This document shows positions 1 through 8,959 of a stretch of 64,000 nucleotides of DNA, piece by piece. Position 1 is the first letter of the stretch. Each line of letters starts with the position of its first letter. The notes below the pieces were generated by a model, which ran no database searches, was not told the origin of the DNA, and worked only from the letters and a program-made list of their open reading frames with translations. The translations under genes were made by a program, and so were the position numbers. Source of the DNA: an uncultured Gammaproteobacteria bacterium (lineage in GTDB: Bacteria; Patescibacteriota; Patescibacteriia; UBA9934; GWF2-40-263); contig CAZTTQ010000001.1 of assembly GCA_964616135.1 (NCBI GenBank), positions 43,875 to 107,874 on the forward strand. Reading direction: 5' to 3'.

Positions 1-41
1 CTCCCCACCCATCTCCGGCTCCCAGCCGGGAGGAGCTCTTA

Positions 42-413
42 ATGGATTTCGTCATCGCGTCCGCGTGCGTGTTCACCGTCGTCGTCTTGCTCTGGGCGTT
101 CAGCGGAGAACTGGACCAGGCGTTCATGCCCGTCCATACCTGCCTGGCGACCGTGGTCCGGATCGAGATGGCGCCCGTCAACGTTCCTCCGTCGGGATCC
201 GAGGCGGAGTTGCCCGCTTCCATCACGAATATGCGGGTGGCCCAAATCCGCGTCGTTGACCTCGACTTAGATGACGGCGGAAGCGGCCAGTACGCCGGCC
301 AACCGCCCACACTCCTATCCAAGGACGAACGCGTACGGTGCACCTACCGGATCGGCCGCACGGGCCACCGGTATATCCGCACCGTGGACAAGCTTGCCCC
401 CGCCGACGCCTAG
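42..413 (+). CDS. Hypothetical membrane-anchored protein (accessory class)
   Basis: 123-aa ORF with N-terminal hydrophobic segment; GGAGGAG SD in a hairpin upstream; GC hairpin plus T-run at ~397-436. Confidence 0.6.
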   Translation: MDFVIASACVFTVVVLLWAFSGELDQAFMPVHTCLATVVRIEMAPVNVPPSGSEAELPASITNMRVAQIRVVDLDLDDGGSGQYAGQPPTLLSKDERVRCTYRIGRTGHRYIRTVDKLAPADA

Positions 414-473
414 CGTCGCGCGGGGGATTTTTTTTTGGAACAGAAAAGCGCTCCGTTGCCGGAGCGCTTTCGC

Positions 474-599
474 TTAGGCTTTCGCCTTGGCCTTGGCGGC
501 CAGTTTCGTCAGGCGGATAGCCTTCTGCGTGCGGATGCGGGCGAGGTCCAGCTTGCGCTGTGCCTTCCACATCGTGCGAACCTTTTTGCGCATGCCCAT
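474..599 (-). CDS. Small Lys/Arg-rich protein (41 aa)
   Basis: MGMRKKVRTMWKAQRKLDLARIRTQKAIRLTKLAAKAKAKA; cctATG start; terminator AAAAGCGCTCC..GGAGCGCTTT at 444-470 directly downstream. Confidence 0.6.
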   Translation of the reverse strand: MGMRKKVRTMWKAQRKLDLARIRTQKAIRLTKLAAKAKAKA

Positions 600-683
600 A
601 GGGAAGTAGATCAGTATGTGCCGGAGGATACAGGAATCCCGGAGGGGAGTCAAGAGCCGGGCCTGTGGTACAATGGAGGCCAT

Positions 684-1082
684 ATGATTGCCATGGGGGA
701 CCCGTATTTGGTGCTGTACGGAGCGATGTTGTTCCTATTCGGCATCGCCTTGGCCTTGGTAGCCCTGCTGCCAAAGGCCGAGCACGCCGGCTGGCCGCTG
801 GCCGGGGTGCTGGGGACGCTGACGGCCTTGTTCGCCGGGTTGTTCGCCTATGACTTGGCACGCCTGTACGCGGCGGACGTGCGCCCGCAGGACTTGGGCT
901 ACCGTTGGGCGCTGTACGTGGCCGCGGTGCTGTTGTGCGGTACGGGCACGCTTCTTTTGGGTACCTTTGGGAACCACATCATGGCCCCGCAGGCAAAAGA
1001 ATACCGTTTGGCGACGCTCATCTGCCTGTTGTTGTCCGCCGCCGCGCTGGCCGGGGTCGTCCTTCAACCCTTGTTCGCCTAA
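684..1082 (+). CDS. Hypothetical membrane protein (~4 TM)
   Basis: Hydrophobic helices; TACAAT at 669-674 precedes ATG 684. Confidence 0.7.
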   Translation: MIAMGDPYLVLYGAMLFLFGIALALVALLPKAEHAGWPLAGVLGTLTALFAGLFAYDLARLYAADVRPQDLGYRWALYVAAVLLCGTGTLLLGTFGNHIMAPQAKEYRLATLICLLLSAAALAGVVLQPLFA

Positions 1083-1083
1083 T

Positions 1084-1434
1084 ATGCCGCACCACTCCAC
1101 GCGCTTGCACGAACCGGTGGCCTTGGGTGCCTTGTTCGCGGCCGGCGTCTCGCTCCACGTCCTGTGGATCGCGAACCTGATTACGCTCCGCGCCCCGGGC
1201 GCCGCGCGGACCATGTCGCTGGTGCCGGAACTCGGCCCCGCGTCCGGATTGTTCGCTTTGTGCGCTCTGGTGTATGCCGTCGTATTCCTGGGAACGGTCG
1301 CGCTGTTCCGTGGGCGCGACTGCGAGCCGGCCCGTGACGGAGTGTTTTGGTTCTTCCTGTCCTCCGTGGTCGCGTTCGCTCTGCTGACCCTGCCGTTCGT
1401 CGCCGGGTTTTCCGCCACGCTGCGCTTGGAGTAG
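1084..1434 (+). CDS. Hypothetical membrane protein (~3 TM)
   Basis: ATG 1 nt after the upstream stop; hydrophobic segments. Confidence 0.65.
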   Translation: MPHHSTRLHEPVALGALFAAGVSLHVLWIANLITLRAPGAARTMSLVPELGPASGLFALCALVYAVVFLGTVALFRGRDCEPARDGVFWFFLSSVVAFALLTLPFVAGFSATLRLE

Positions 1435-1476
1435 TGCAAGGGGATAACCCTTTTGTGTCTCGTTCCGTGTGCGGAT

Positions 1477-2106
1477 CTAAACGCGAATCTCCGCTCCTGC
1501 GCCGAGAAGCGTCGTGCGCGCGCCTTCGACGAGAATAAATTGTCGGTCCGTTAGTATTTTTACTGGATGGGATGCGGCAGGGACGCGTTCCCTCAGTATG
1601 TCGTCCCATTTCGTCTCATAGTGTACTGACAGTAGAAAAGGGACTAGATTCATTGCAGTAAGATCCGTTAGACCAAAACGATTGACGTGTCGGTCTTTCC
1701 AAGTAGCTGTCTCTATTGTTGGACAGGCAATGTATGCTCCTGCGCTTATGCCGATATAGATCTTTCCCTGATCAAGCATTTTTGGCACCAAGGATATGAA
1801 TCCGCTTTCTCGAGCGCATTTTAAAAGGTAGAACGTATTACCGCCTTGTACGTAGATGATGTCTTGATCTTCCAAGGAACGATGCACGTCCTCCGGTCGC
1901 ATCCCCGCGATGTCTACTTCTTTTATTTGGAAACCAGCTTGTTGCAATAGCAGGTTCTGCTTGATGAGGTATTTCCGGTCGGTCCGAACATTTGCTGCTG
2001 TCACAATGTTCGCGAGTTTTAGTTCTTTTGGTGGTTTGGGGAGGAGTTTAAGAATTTCGTCTTGTGTCAGGGACATCCCCGATGAAGTCAAAAGTAATTT
2101 CCTCAT
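1477..2106 (-). CDS. Peptidase E / S51 family (class I glutamine-amidotransferase-like)
   Basis: MRKLLLTSSG start; IYVQGGNTFYLL; nucleophile motif GISAGA; SVHY; AT-richer than neighbours. Confidence 0.85.
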   Translation of the reverse strand: MRKLLLTSSGMSLTQDEILKLLPKPPKELKLANIVTAANVRTDRKYLIKQNLLLQQAGFQIKEVDIAGMRPEDVHRSLEDQDIIYVQGGNTFYLLKCARESGFISLVPKMLDQGKIYIGISAGAYIACPTIETATWKDRHVNRFGLTDLTAMNLVPFLLSVHYETKWDDILRERVPAASHPVKILTDRQFILVEGARTTLLGAGAEIRV

Positions 2107-2220
2107 AAAACCGAGTGAAAGATGACTCGAGACCGTCATCATACAATGATTCACCCTTTCTCTTAATATACCTCCTTTGGCTGTTGCCCTTCTTTTGTTT
2201 TTCACGCAAGATCGAGCCAT

Positions 2221-3696
2221 ATGGAACTCCTCCTCACACAGGCGAATCCGGCGAAAGTCCTATGCGATACGCTGGCGTTGTTTTGGACGGAAGGAAAACA
2301 AAGCGGGATCACCAAAGAAGTGGATACGGCGTTGGACGGACTGTTGACGCAGGTGTCCGTGGAAGAGGGATTCAAGGGGAAGGCGGGTGAAACGCTCGCG
2401 CTGCGGACCGAGGGGAAATTGGCCGCCAAGCGCGTGCTGTTGGTCGGATGCGGCCCGTTGAAAGAACAGGCGGAGGAGACGGTGCGCGTGGCGGCCGCCA
2501 CGGCGTTGAACGCGGTTAAAAAGACCGGCGGGAAGTTGGTGATCGGCCTGGACGCGTTGAAGGACGTGGGAATGGGCGAAGCCGCCAAGGCGGCCGCGGA
2601 AGGCGCGTTGCTCGCGGGGTATCGGTACGGGCAATTCAAGACGCTGGAAGCGGAAGGGCCCGCGCTGGTCGTTTTGCTCGTTTCGGACGCAAAGGCGTTG
2701 AAGCAGGCGAAAGAAGGATTCGCCCTCGGGAAGCTGTTTGCGGAGGCGACCAAAACCGCCCGCGACTTGGTGAACCACCCGGGCGGGCACCTGACGCCGG
2801 CGGAACTGGCGAAGCAGGCCGAAGCGCTGGTGGCCGGCAAGGCGCGCGTTTCGTTCACGTCGTACGACAAGGCGAAGTTGTCGGAGATGGGCATGGGCGG
2901 GCTGTTGGGCGTCGGGCAGGGGAGCGACCATGACCCGGTGCTCGTCCACATGGCGTACTCGCCCGCCAAGGCAAAGAAGCGCGTGGCGCTGGTCGGAAAA
3001 GCGATCACGTTCGATTCGGGCGGCCTATCCATCAAGACCAGCAAGGGCATGGAGACCATGAAGTGCGACATGGCCGGCGCCGCGGCCGTCATCGGCGCGT
3101 TCTCCGCTATTTCGGCCTTGAAGCCGGACGTGGAAGTGCACGGTATTTTCGGCGCCTGCGAGAACATGGTGAGCGGCAACTCGCTCCGTCCCGGCGACGT
3201 GGTGAAAACCATGGGTGGCAAGACGATCGAAATTCTGAACACGGACGCCGAAGGCCGCGTGACGCTGGCGGACACGCTCCATTACGCAACGACGCTCGAA
3301 CCGGACTACATCATCGACTTGGCGACACTGACGGGCGCCGTCGTGGTCGCGCTCGGGGAGGAAATCACCGGCCTCATGTCCAACGACCCGCGTTTGGCCG
3401 CCAAGGTGAAAGCCGCGAGCGTCGAAGCCGGGGAGAAAATGTGGGAGCTTCCGCTCGAGCCGAACTACACGTTCGAACTGAAGTCCGACGTCGCGGACTA
3501 TAAGAACGACACGAGCCGCAACGGCATGTCGCTGACGGCCGGGTTGCTGCTGCAGGAATTCGTCGCCGGGAAGCCGTGGGTCCACTTGGACATCGCCGGC
3601 CCCGCGTTTGCCGATCGCCCGCACAACGCCTACACCAAAAAAGGCGGCACGGGACACGGGGTGCGCACGTTATTGACGTGGTTGCGCGCGCAGTAG
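2221..3696 (+). CDS. pepA: Leucyl aminopeptidase (M17)
   Basis: GKAITFDSGG, MKCDMAGAA, NTDAEGR, HLDIAG motifs. Confidence 0.95.
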   Translation: MELLLTQANPAKVLCDTLALFWTEGKQSGITKEVDTALDGLLTQVSVEEGFKGKAGETLALRTEGKLAAKRVLLVGCGPLKEQAEETVRVAAATALNAVKKTGGKLVIGLDALKDVGMGEAAKAAAEGALLAGYRYGQFKTLEAEGPALVVLLVSDAKALKQAKEGFALGKLFAEATKTARDLVNHPGGHLTPAELAKQAEALVAGKARVSFTSYDKAKLSEMGMGGLLGVGQGSDHDPVLVHMAYSPAKAKKRVALVGKAITFDSGGLSIKTSKGMETMKCDMAGAAAVIGAFSAISALKPDVEVHGIFGACENMVSGNSLRPGDVVKTMGGKTIEILNTDAEGRVTLADTLHYATTLEPDYIIDLATLTGAVVVALGEEITGLMSNDPRLAAKVKAASVEAGEKMWELPLEPNYTFELKSDVADYKNDTSRNGMSLTAGLLLQEFVAGKPWVHLDIAGPAFADRPHNAYTKKGGTGHGVRTLLTWLRAQ

Positions 3697-3741
3697 GCGG
3701 GAAAGAAAAAGCGGCCCGACGAAGTGTCGGACCGCGAGAGA

Positions 3742-5265
3742 TTACTCGGCGTCTGCCATTGCCGGGACGAACGTCACGGCGACGACGGACGGGGTGAGAT
3801 GGCGGCCGTTCGGGTGGAACAGGACGACGTCGCCGTCGCGCGGGAAGTAGCGGTGGTTGCCGCGTTCCTGCACGTAGAGCGTCTTTCCGTCCTCGACCGC
3901 CTGTTGGAAGCCGCCCTTGGGGTGGCGCCGCCGCACGATGGTGCCGAGTCGGTACCCCGCCAGCTGGAGATGGCGGCGAAGGGCCTTCTCCAGGCCATCG
4001 TCCTCGCGTCCCAGCTGCCGCCAGGCGACGTACACCTTGGAGGCGTTGGCGGACAGGAGGACCCGGCTCACGGTCTTGGCGTAAAAGCCGTGGCGCTCCT
4101 CCGGCGGCAGCTCCAGGAGGAGCGTGAACAGGAACTGCGCCGTCGGCTTCACGAGGAAGTCCTTCTCGACGGCCGCCAGCCGTTCCGCGAAGCGCGTGCG
4201 CTGGTCGACGGACAGACGTGCCCACTCGTCCGCGGGGACGTCCGAGACGGAATCGAGGCGGTCCAGCGCGTCTCCGACGATGATGTCCGCGGCGGCAGCG
4301 TCGAGGCGGCGCAGGATCCGCGCCCGCGCCTTGACCGTCTCGCCCGGGGCCTTCTCGGCGCAGAGGAGGAGTGCGGTCTCGAGCTCGCGGTTCGTCAGCA
4401 CGGACCAGGGGTTCAACCCGCAGAAAGCCGCCGTCCACTTCTCGGCCGCGGTCGGCCGCGCGTGCGGCGGAAACTCGAGCACGAAGTGGAAGGGGACGTT
4501 GGGCGGGAGACCGGCGTCCATCCGGGCGTTCTGCTCTGCCACCGTCTTCTCGATGGACGGCCAGGCCTTGTCCGGGGCACGGACGAGCTCGTCGTGGCGC
4601 CCGTTGCGCCCGTGTTCGATGCCCAGCCTCCGGACGGTCATCGCGATCGGACTTGCGTCCTCCGGTCGCTCGATCCCGTACCGTAGGAAGTCATGGACGT
4701 CGTTTGCCATCCCCGGTTCGATCCGCGTCCCGCGCAGGCGCTCGAGGAGCGCCTCGGCCATCGTCGCGCGGGAGACGCCTGCCATGGCGGCGGCACGCAC
4801 CCACTCGTTGTTGGTGGCGCCGAAGCGGGGATAGAGATCGCGGACGCAGCGGGTGCGGCCCTCGGGGGAGAGAAGCCGCAGCAGCTCCGGGGAGATGAGG
4901 AAGCTCCGGAAGAACCAGTGGGACGAGAGACGGACGCCCTCGTTCTTCTCCTGCGGATTTCCCTCCGCCCGGTCGTAGAGGCGGACCACGCTCTCCAGGA
5001 AGATGTCCGCGTCGCCGACGATCTGCAGGAACGGTTCCGGGTTCTCCGCGATCCAGCGCATTCCCATGGACACGGGGATCGTCTCGAACCCGCAGGCATC
5101 GATGAGGAGGATGAACCGCAGGAGGTCCGTCGGGGTCGCCGTGCCCGCCTTGACCTTCGCGGGGAAGGCGTCGCGGGCGGCCTGGAGTTCGTCGTAGGCC
5201 GTCCAGGTTCCCGCGATTTCCTGTCCCAGGATCTGTCGTGCGTCGATCAAGCTGACGGTCTGCAT
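3742..5265 (-). CDS. Hypothetical helical protein (accessory class)
   Basis: 507-aa ORF; GGAG SD; multi-hairpin leader; TTGACA at 5381-5386 (-); terminator at 3705-3735. Confidence 0.7.
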   Translation of the reverse strand: MQTVSLIDARQILGQEIAGTWTAYDELQAARDAFPAKVKAGTATPTDLLRFILLIDACGFETIPVSMGMRWIAENPEPFLQIVGDADIFLESVVRLYDRAEGNPQEKNEGVRLSSHWFFRSFLISPELLRLLSPEGRTRCVRDLYPRFGATNNEWVRAAAMAGVSRATMAEALLERLRGTRIEPGMANDVHDFLRYGIERPEDASPIAMTVRRLGIEHGRNGRHDELVRAPDKAWPSIEKTVAEQNARMDAGLPPNVPFHFVLEFPPHARPTAAEKWTAAFCGLNPWSVLTNRELETALLLCAEKAPGETVKARARILRRLDAAAADIIVGDALDRLDSVSDVPADEWARLSVDQRTRFAERLAAVEKDFLVKPTAQFLFTLLLELPPEERHGFYAKTVSRVLLSANASKVYVAWRQLGREDDGLEKALRRHLQLAGYRLGTIVRRRHPKGGFQQAVEDGKTLYVQERGNHRYFPRDGDVVLFHPNGRHLTPSVVAVTFVPAMADAE

Positions 5266-5400
5266 CAAGGTCTCCGGTCGGTCGTCGAAAGACGTTGCCG
5301 AGTGAGAGGGGGGGGGTCTCGCATTCTCCGAAGGATTTCGAAGAAATACGAGGGGCGTTCTTATCATAAAAAACCCACGTTGTCAATGGATATAGACGAT

Positions 5401-5676
5401 ATGCATCTCCTCCAACCGACGCACCGAAAATGGGTATTGGTTTGCACGAACATGAAAGAACCCGGGAAACCCTGTTGTGGGATCCAGGGGAGTGCCGACC
5501 TGCACCTGAAGTTAAAGGAGGCCATGAAGGCGGCGGACCTGACCGTCCGCGTGTCCAAGACCGGCTGTTTGGACCGTTGTTCCGAGGGACCCGTTGTCGC
5601 CATCATGCCGGATAACCGTTGGTTTGGCGGCGTTACCGAAGCGGACATCCCGGCCATCATTGAAGCGGCGAAATAA
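5401..5676 (+). CDS. Thioredoxin-like [2Fe-2S] ferredoxin
   Basis: VLVCTN...PCC...KTGCLDRCSEGPVVAIMPDNRWF pattern. Confidence 0.85.
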   Translation: MHLLQPTHRKWVLVCTNMKEPGKPCCGIQGSADLHLKLKEAMKAADLTVRVSKTGCLDRCSEGPVVAIMPDNRWFGGVTEADIPAIIEAAK

Positions 5677-5710
5677 AAACGCACGGCCCCGCGGGGCCGT
5701 GTTTGCGTTG

Positions 5711-5747
5711 GAAGAAAAATCCCCCGGCCACAGGCGTGGTCGGGGGA
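5711..5747 (-). terminator. Repeated intrinsic terminator, array copy 1
   Basis: Stem TCCCCCGACCAC/GTGGCCGGGGGA followed by TTTTTCTTC on -. Confidence 0.85.
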
Positions 5748-5752
5748 GAAGG

Positions 5753-7279
5753 TCAGAACGACAGGTCTTTGCCGGCGACGAGCGGGTCGCCGTTGACGCA
5801 GAAGCCCTGCGCCATGACGAGGTCCGTGTAGCAGAAGCGGAGAATCTCGACGCGGAGGACGTTGCCCGGAACGGCCCGGGTCGCGTCCATTGCGAAACGG
5901 AAGACCCGTTCGGTCCCGTTTGCAAGCGTCCCGCCGTTTCCCGCCATGTTGATGACTGAGACCGTGGGGGAGATCGCCGTCCGGGTGACATCCGCGAAGA
6001 GTGCGGCGTCCGGCAGGGCGGCGTCCGTGGTCCGAACCGCCTCCGTGCCGCCGTACCACCCGTCGTGGGTGAGGCGGTACCGTACGGAGGTGAGGAGGGC
6101 GTCGTGTCCGGCGGGTGCGGCGGGGTTCACTACGCGGAACGCCAGCGTGTTGGCGAACGACGGGGAGACGGTTCCCGCGGGGGAATCGTCCGTCCGCGCG
6201 GCTTGCGGCATCTGGGGGATCCGGATGAACGCGTAGTCGTGGTGGGACGCGTTCGTCGCGCCGTAGGCGATCTCCGGAACTTCTCCCGTATCGGCGTCCC
6301 GCAGGTCGATGGACCGGAGGGACGCGGCCAGGAGGAAGTTCGGCGCGCCGACGTTCGCGTTCGTCCAACAGAAGACGCCGAGTTCGCCGGATCCATGCAG
6401 GACGAACGGTTGGTCCGCGAACGAGAGGACGGTCCGTCCCTCTTCGGCCGCGGGACGCCGTCCGGATGCCTGTCCCGGAGGCGTGGTTGGCCCCGCGTAG
6501 GAAACGTAGCAGGCGCCGATACGGTCGCGCAGCAAGGAGGAAGACGCCTCCCAGACGTTGGTCCCGTCGAACGGGGCCACGTCCTGGACGACGTCGAGGT
6601 CGATCCTGGCCACGCGGACGTTCCGGTCTCCGGCACGGACGGAGAGGCGGAGGAACTGGAACAGGCCGCCCGGATACGACTGGGTGACCGTGTCCTCGTC
6701 CGGAGACGCGTCCCCGACCGCCACGATGCCGGGCGGCGGGTTTACCAACGGTTCGCATGAGCGGCCGTCCGCGGCGAGGGTTTCCCCCCGTTCGCAGCGC
6801 CGCTTGCACGTGGCGGTTGCCGTGTCGAACAGCCATCCCTCGTCACACGTGACGTCGTAGGCGCAGGATGCATGGCCGGTCTCCCGGTCCATGTTCGGCG
6901 AGAGGCCGTCCGGACACGTGATCGTGACGTCCGGGCACTCCTTTTCGGAGAACACCTCCGCGCCCGTGGAGAGACAGACGTAGAAGATCACTTCTTCCGG
7001 CGGCTGCGTCGTGGGGCACGCGCCCGCGCGCGGGCGGATGGAACCGTCGGCGCAGACGTAGACGCGCTTCTCGACGACCTTCGCAGGACCGCCGAACGGA
7101 TGGCAGGCGATCCCGCCGTCTTCCACCACCGCCCCTTCATCGGGGAGGCAGGGGACTGAGAAGCAGGCGCCGGAGGAGGTCGCGTACGACCCTTCCGGGC
7201 ACGAGGAGGAGACGGGGGCGTCTCCACAGGATGCCAGGGCCGATGCGGCCAGGGCGAAGTACATGAGGCGGGTGCGCAT
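5753..7279 (-). CDS. Cys-rich lipoprotein A of the cassette array
   Basis: Lipobox LASC; YVC..CP Cys repeats; beta-rich C-terminus ending in F; paralog of 7439-8791. Confidence 0.8.
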   Translation of the reverse strand: MRTRLMYFALAASALASCGDAPVSSSCPEGSYATSSGACFSVPCLPDEGAVVEDGGIACHPFGGPAKVVEKRVYVCADGSIRPRAGACPTTQPPEEVIFYVCLSTGAEVFSEKECPDVTITCPDGLSPNMDRETGHASCAYDVTCDEGWLFDTATATCKRRCERGETLAADGRSCEPLVNPPPGIVAVGDASPDEDTVTQSYPGGLFQFLRLSVRAGDRNVRVARIDLDVVQDVAPFDGTNVWEASSSLLRDRIGACYVSYAGPTTPPGQASGRRPAAEEGRTVLSFADQPFVLHGSGELGVFCWTNANVGAPNFLLAASLRSIDLRDADTGEVPEIAYGATNASHHDYAFIRIPQMPQAARTDDSPAGTVSPSFANTLAFRVVNPAAPAGHDALLTSVRYRLTHDGWYGGTEAVRTTDAALPDAALFADVTRTAISPTVSVINMAGNGGTLANGTERVFRFAMDATRAVPGNVLRVEILRFCYTDLVMAQGFCVNGDPLVAGKDLSF

Positions 7280-7348
7280 GGCACCTCCGATATCCCCGGA
7301 ATGGGGACGGGTTTTGGCCCTTTCAAGGGGGCCTGGTTGGGAGAGAGC
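7280..7348 (-). promoter_or_regulatory. Conserved structured 5' leader, copy 1
   Basis: GGCCCCCTTGAAAGGGCC-AAAAC-CCGTCCCCATTCCGGGGATATCGGAGG; near-identical copies at 9860 and 10383. Confidence 0.8.
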
Positions 7349-7356
7349 AAGGACGA

Positions 7357-7385
7357 ATGATAGGTCTTTTTCAACCGTTTGTCAA
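7357..7385 (-). promoter_or_regulatory. Sigma70-type promoter
   Basis: TTGACA-N17-TATCAT. Confidence 0.8.
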
Positions 7386-7394
7386 TCGTCCATG

Positions 7395-7433
7395 GAAAAG
7401 AAAATCCCCCGGCCACGGCGTGTGGTCGGGGGA
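7395..7433 (-). terminator. Repeated intrinsic terminator, array copy 2
   Basis: Same 12-bp stem as 5720-5747 with a different loop; T-tract. Confidence 0.85.
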
Positions 7434-7438
7434 GAGCG

Positions 7439-8791
7439 TCAGAACGTCCACGTCTCGCCCGTGATGAGCACGGAGGAGTTGTCCAGGCAGGTTTCCACGT
7501 CCGCGAACGGATCGCGGTAGCAGAACCCGGTGACGTCGACGCGGACGGTGTCCGTGCCGGGCGCCCGCGCCTGCTCCGTGTCCATCTGGAACCGGAGCGT
7601 CAGCGGACGGGACGCCTGGATCGGGACCGCGTCGCGGGCCGTGTCCTGCATGAGGAACAGGAATTCCCCGTTGCTGGCGTTCGTCTGGATGTTGGTGAAC
7701 AACGAGCGCGACGGGTCGCGGATGTCGGTCACCCGTACGGTGGAAGGCGCGGTGTACCAGCCGTTGTCGATGATCGCAAACTGGACGGACCAGGTCTGCA
7801 GATCTCGACAGGACGCGTCGGCCACCACGTCGAACCGGAGGACTTCCCGGAGCGTGGTGGGCGTGGTGGGGTCCCAGTCCGTCTGCCCGACCTGGAGGAC
7901 GGGCGGCGGACAGGGGGGAAGCGGCGCGGCGCGGACCTGGTAGCTGAAATCGCTGTTCAGGTCCTCGAAGGTCACTTCGCTGCCGACGATGGGTTCGCCG
8001 GTTTCCGCGTCGACCAGGGTGACCAGGTCGAGCACGAGCGCCACGTGGTATGCGACCGGCGACGGCTTGAGGTCGCACTGGACGCTCACGTTGATGGACG
8101 TCCCCGAGCCGACGGCTTCGGGAAAGAACACCATCGCCTGCTCGGACAGGGGGACGTGGTCCAAGGACACTGGCCCCGCGACCTGCGCGGTGCTTGCATC
8201 CGTCAGCGTGCAGTCGCCGAGGTATTCGGCGACGTCCGCCTGGGTATGGAGCCACAGGGTCCGGTCGGGCACGACGCCGTCCTGCTCCACGCCGACGTAG
8301 GCGAGGAACCGGACGTCGCGCAACGTCACGGCGCGCGTCTCGTCCTGGATGATGAGCGGAAACAGGTCGGTGCGGGTTCCCACCGTCGTGTCGACGAGCC
8401 GCGGGACGCCGCCGTTCGGCGGGCGGACGGAGACGGTCCCCCGGACCTGCTGTCGGACACAGCCGTCGCCGGAGGCGTTCACCGTCTGGCCGGGCGGGCA
8501 CACCTTGAGGCAGGCCTTGGAGACCTCCTCGTACGCGTACCCGTCCGCGCAGGCCCGGGGACAGTCTTCCGGACGATCGACGTAGGTGTCGGTCGCCACG
8601 CACTTGTACTTGGTGACCGTCTCCTTTACGGTCACGGTTTCCTTGATGACGACCGGGGCGTCGACCGGGCACCGGGCCGGGTCGGTCACCCGCGTCTGCG
8701 CCGCGTCGCGGCAGACGTATTCCTGCGGCACGTCACCGCAGGCGGTGGCAAGGGAAAAGAGCAAGACGAACGGGACAGGGGGACGGAACAT
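7439..8791 (-). CDS. Cys-rich lipoprotein B of the cassette array
   Basis: AAGGAG SD; lipobox ATAC; C-terminus FCYRD...ITGETWTF aligns with A (FCYTD...VAGKDLSF). Confidence 0.8.
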   Translation of the reverse strand: MFRPPVPFVLLFSLATACGDVPQEYVCRDAAQTRVTDPARCPVDAPVVIKETVTVKETVTKYKCVATDTYVDRPEDCPRACADGYAYEEVSKACLKVCPPGQTVNASGDGCVRQQVRGTVSVRPPNGGVPRLVDTTVGTRTDLFPLIIQDETRAVTLRDVRFLAYVGVEQDGVVPDRTLWLHTQADVAEYLGDCTLTDASTAQVAGPVSLDHVPLSEQAMVFFPEAVGSGTSINVSVQCDLKPSPVAYHVALVLDLVTLVDAETGEPIVGSEVTFEDLNSDFSYQVRAAPLPPCPPPVLQVGQTDWDPTTPTTLREVLRFDVVADASCRDLQTWSVQFAIIDNGWYTAPSTVRVTDIRDPSRSLFTNIQTNASNGEFLFLMQDTARDAVPIQASRPLTLRFQMDTEQARAPGTDTVRVDVTGFCYRDPFADVETCLDNSSVLITGETWTF

Positions 8792-8868
8792 GGGTTTACT
8801 CCTTCGGTGGGGCGCGGCCTTCGCCATTACGATAACACGTCCGTTCATTTGTGATAGGGCGAGGAGTG

Positions 8869-8897
8869 ACGATAGGCGTTTTTCCAAGGTTTGTCAA
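8869..8897 (-). promoter_or_regulatory. Sigma70-type promoter
   Basis: TTGACA-N17-TATCGT, within the same repeat as 7357-7385. Confidence 0.75.
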
Positions 8898-8905
8898 CCG
8901 TCCGT

Positions 8906-8945
8906 GGAAAAGAAAATCCCCCGGCCACAGTGTGTGGTCGGGGGA
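8906..8945 (-). terminator. Repeated intrinsic terminator, array copy 3
   Basis: Identical 12-bp stem; loop variant; T-tract. Confidence 0.85.
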
Positions 8946-8959
8946 GGTAGGGGGCGCGT

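Noticed and set aside
7280-7348. c-di-GMP-I riboswitch
   Set aside because: It has a GAAA-containing hairpin but lacks the GGGACGCAAAGCC core and tetraloop-receptor layout.
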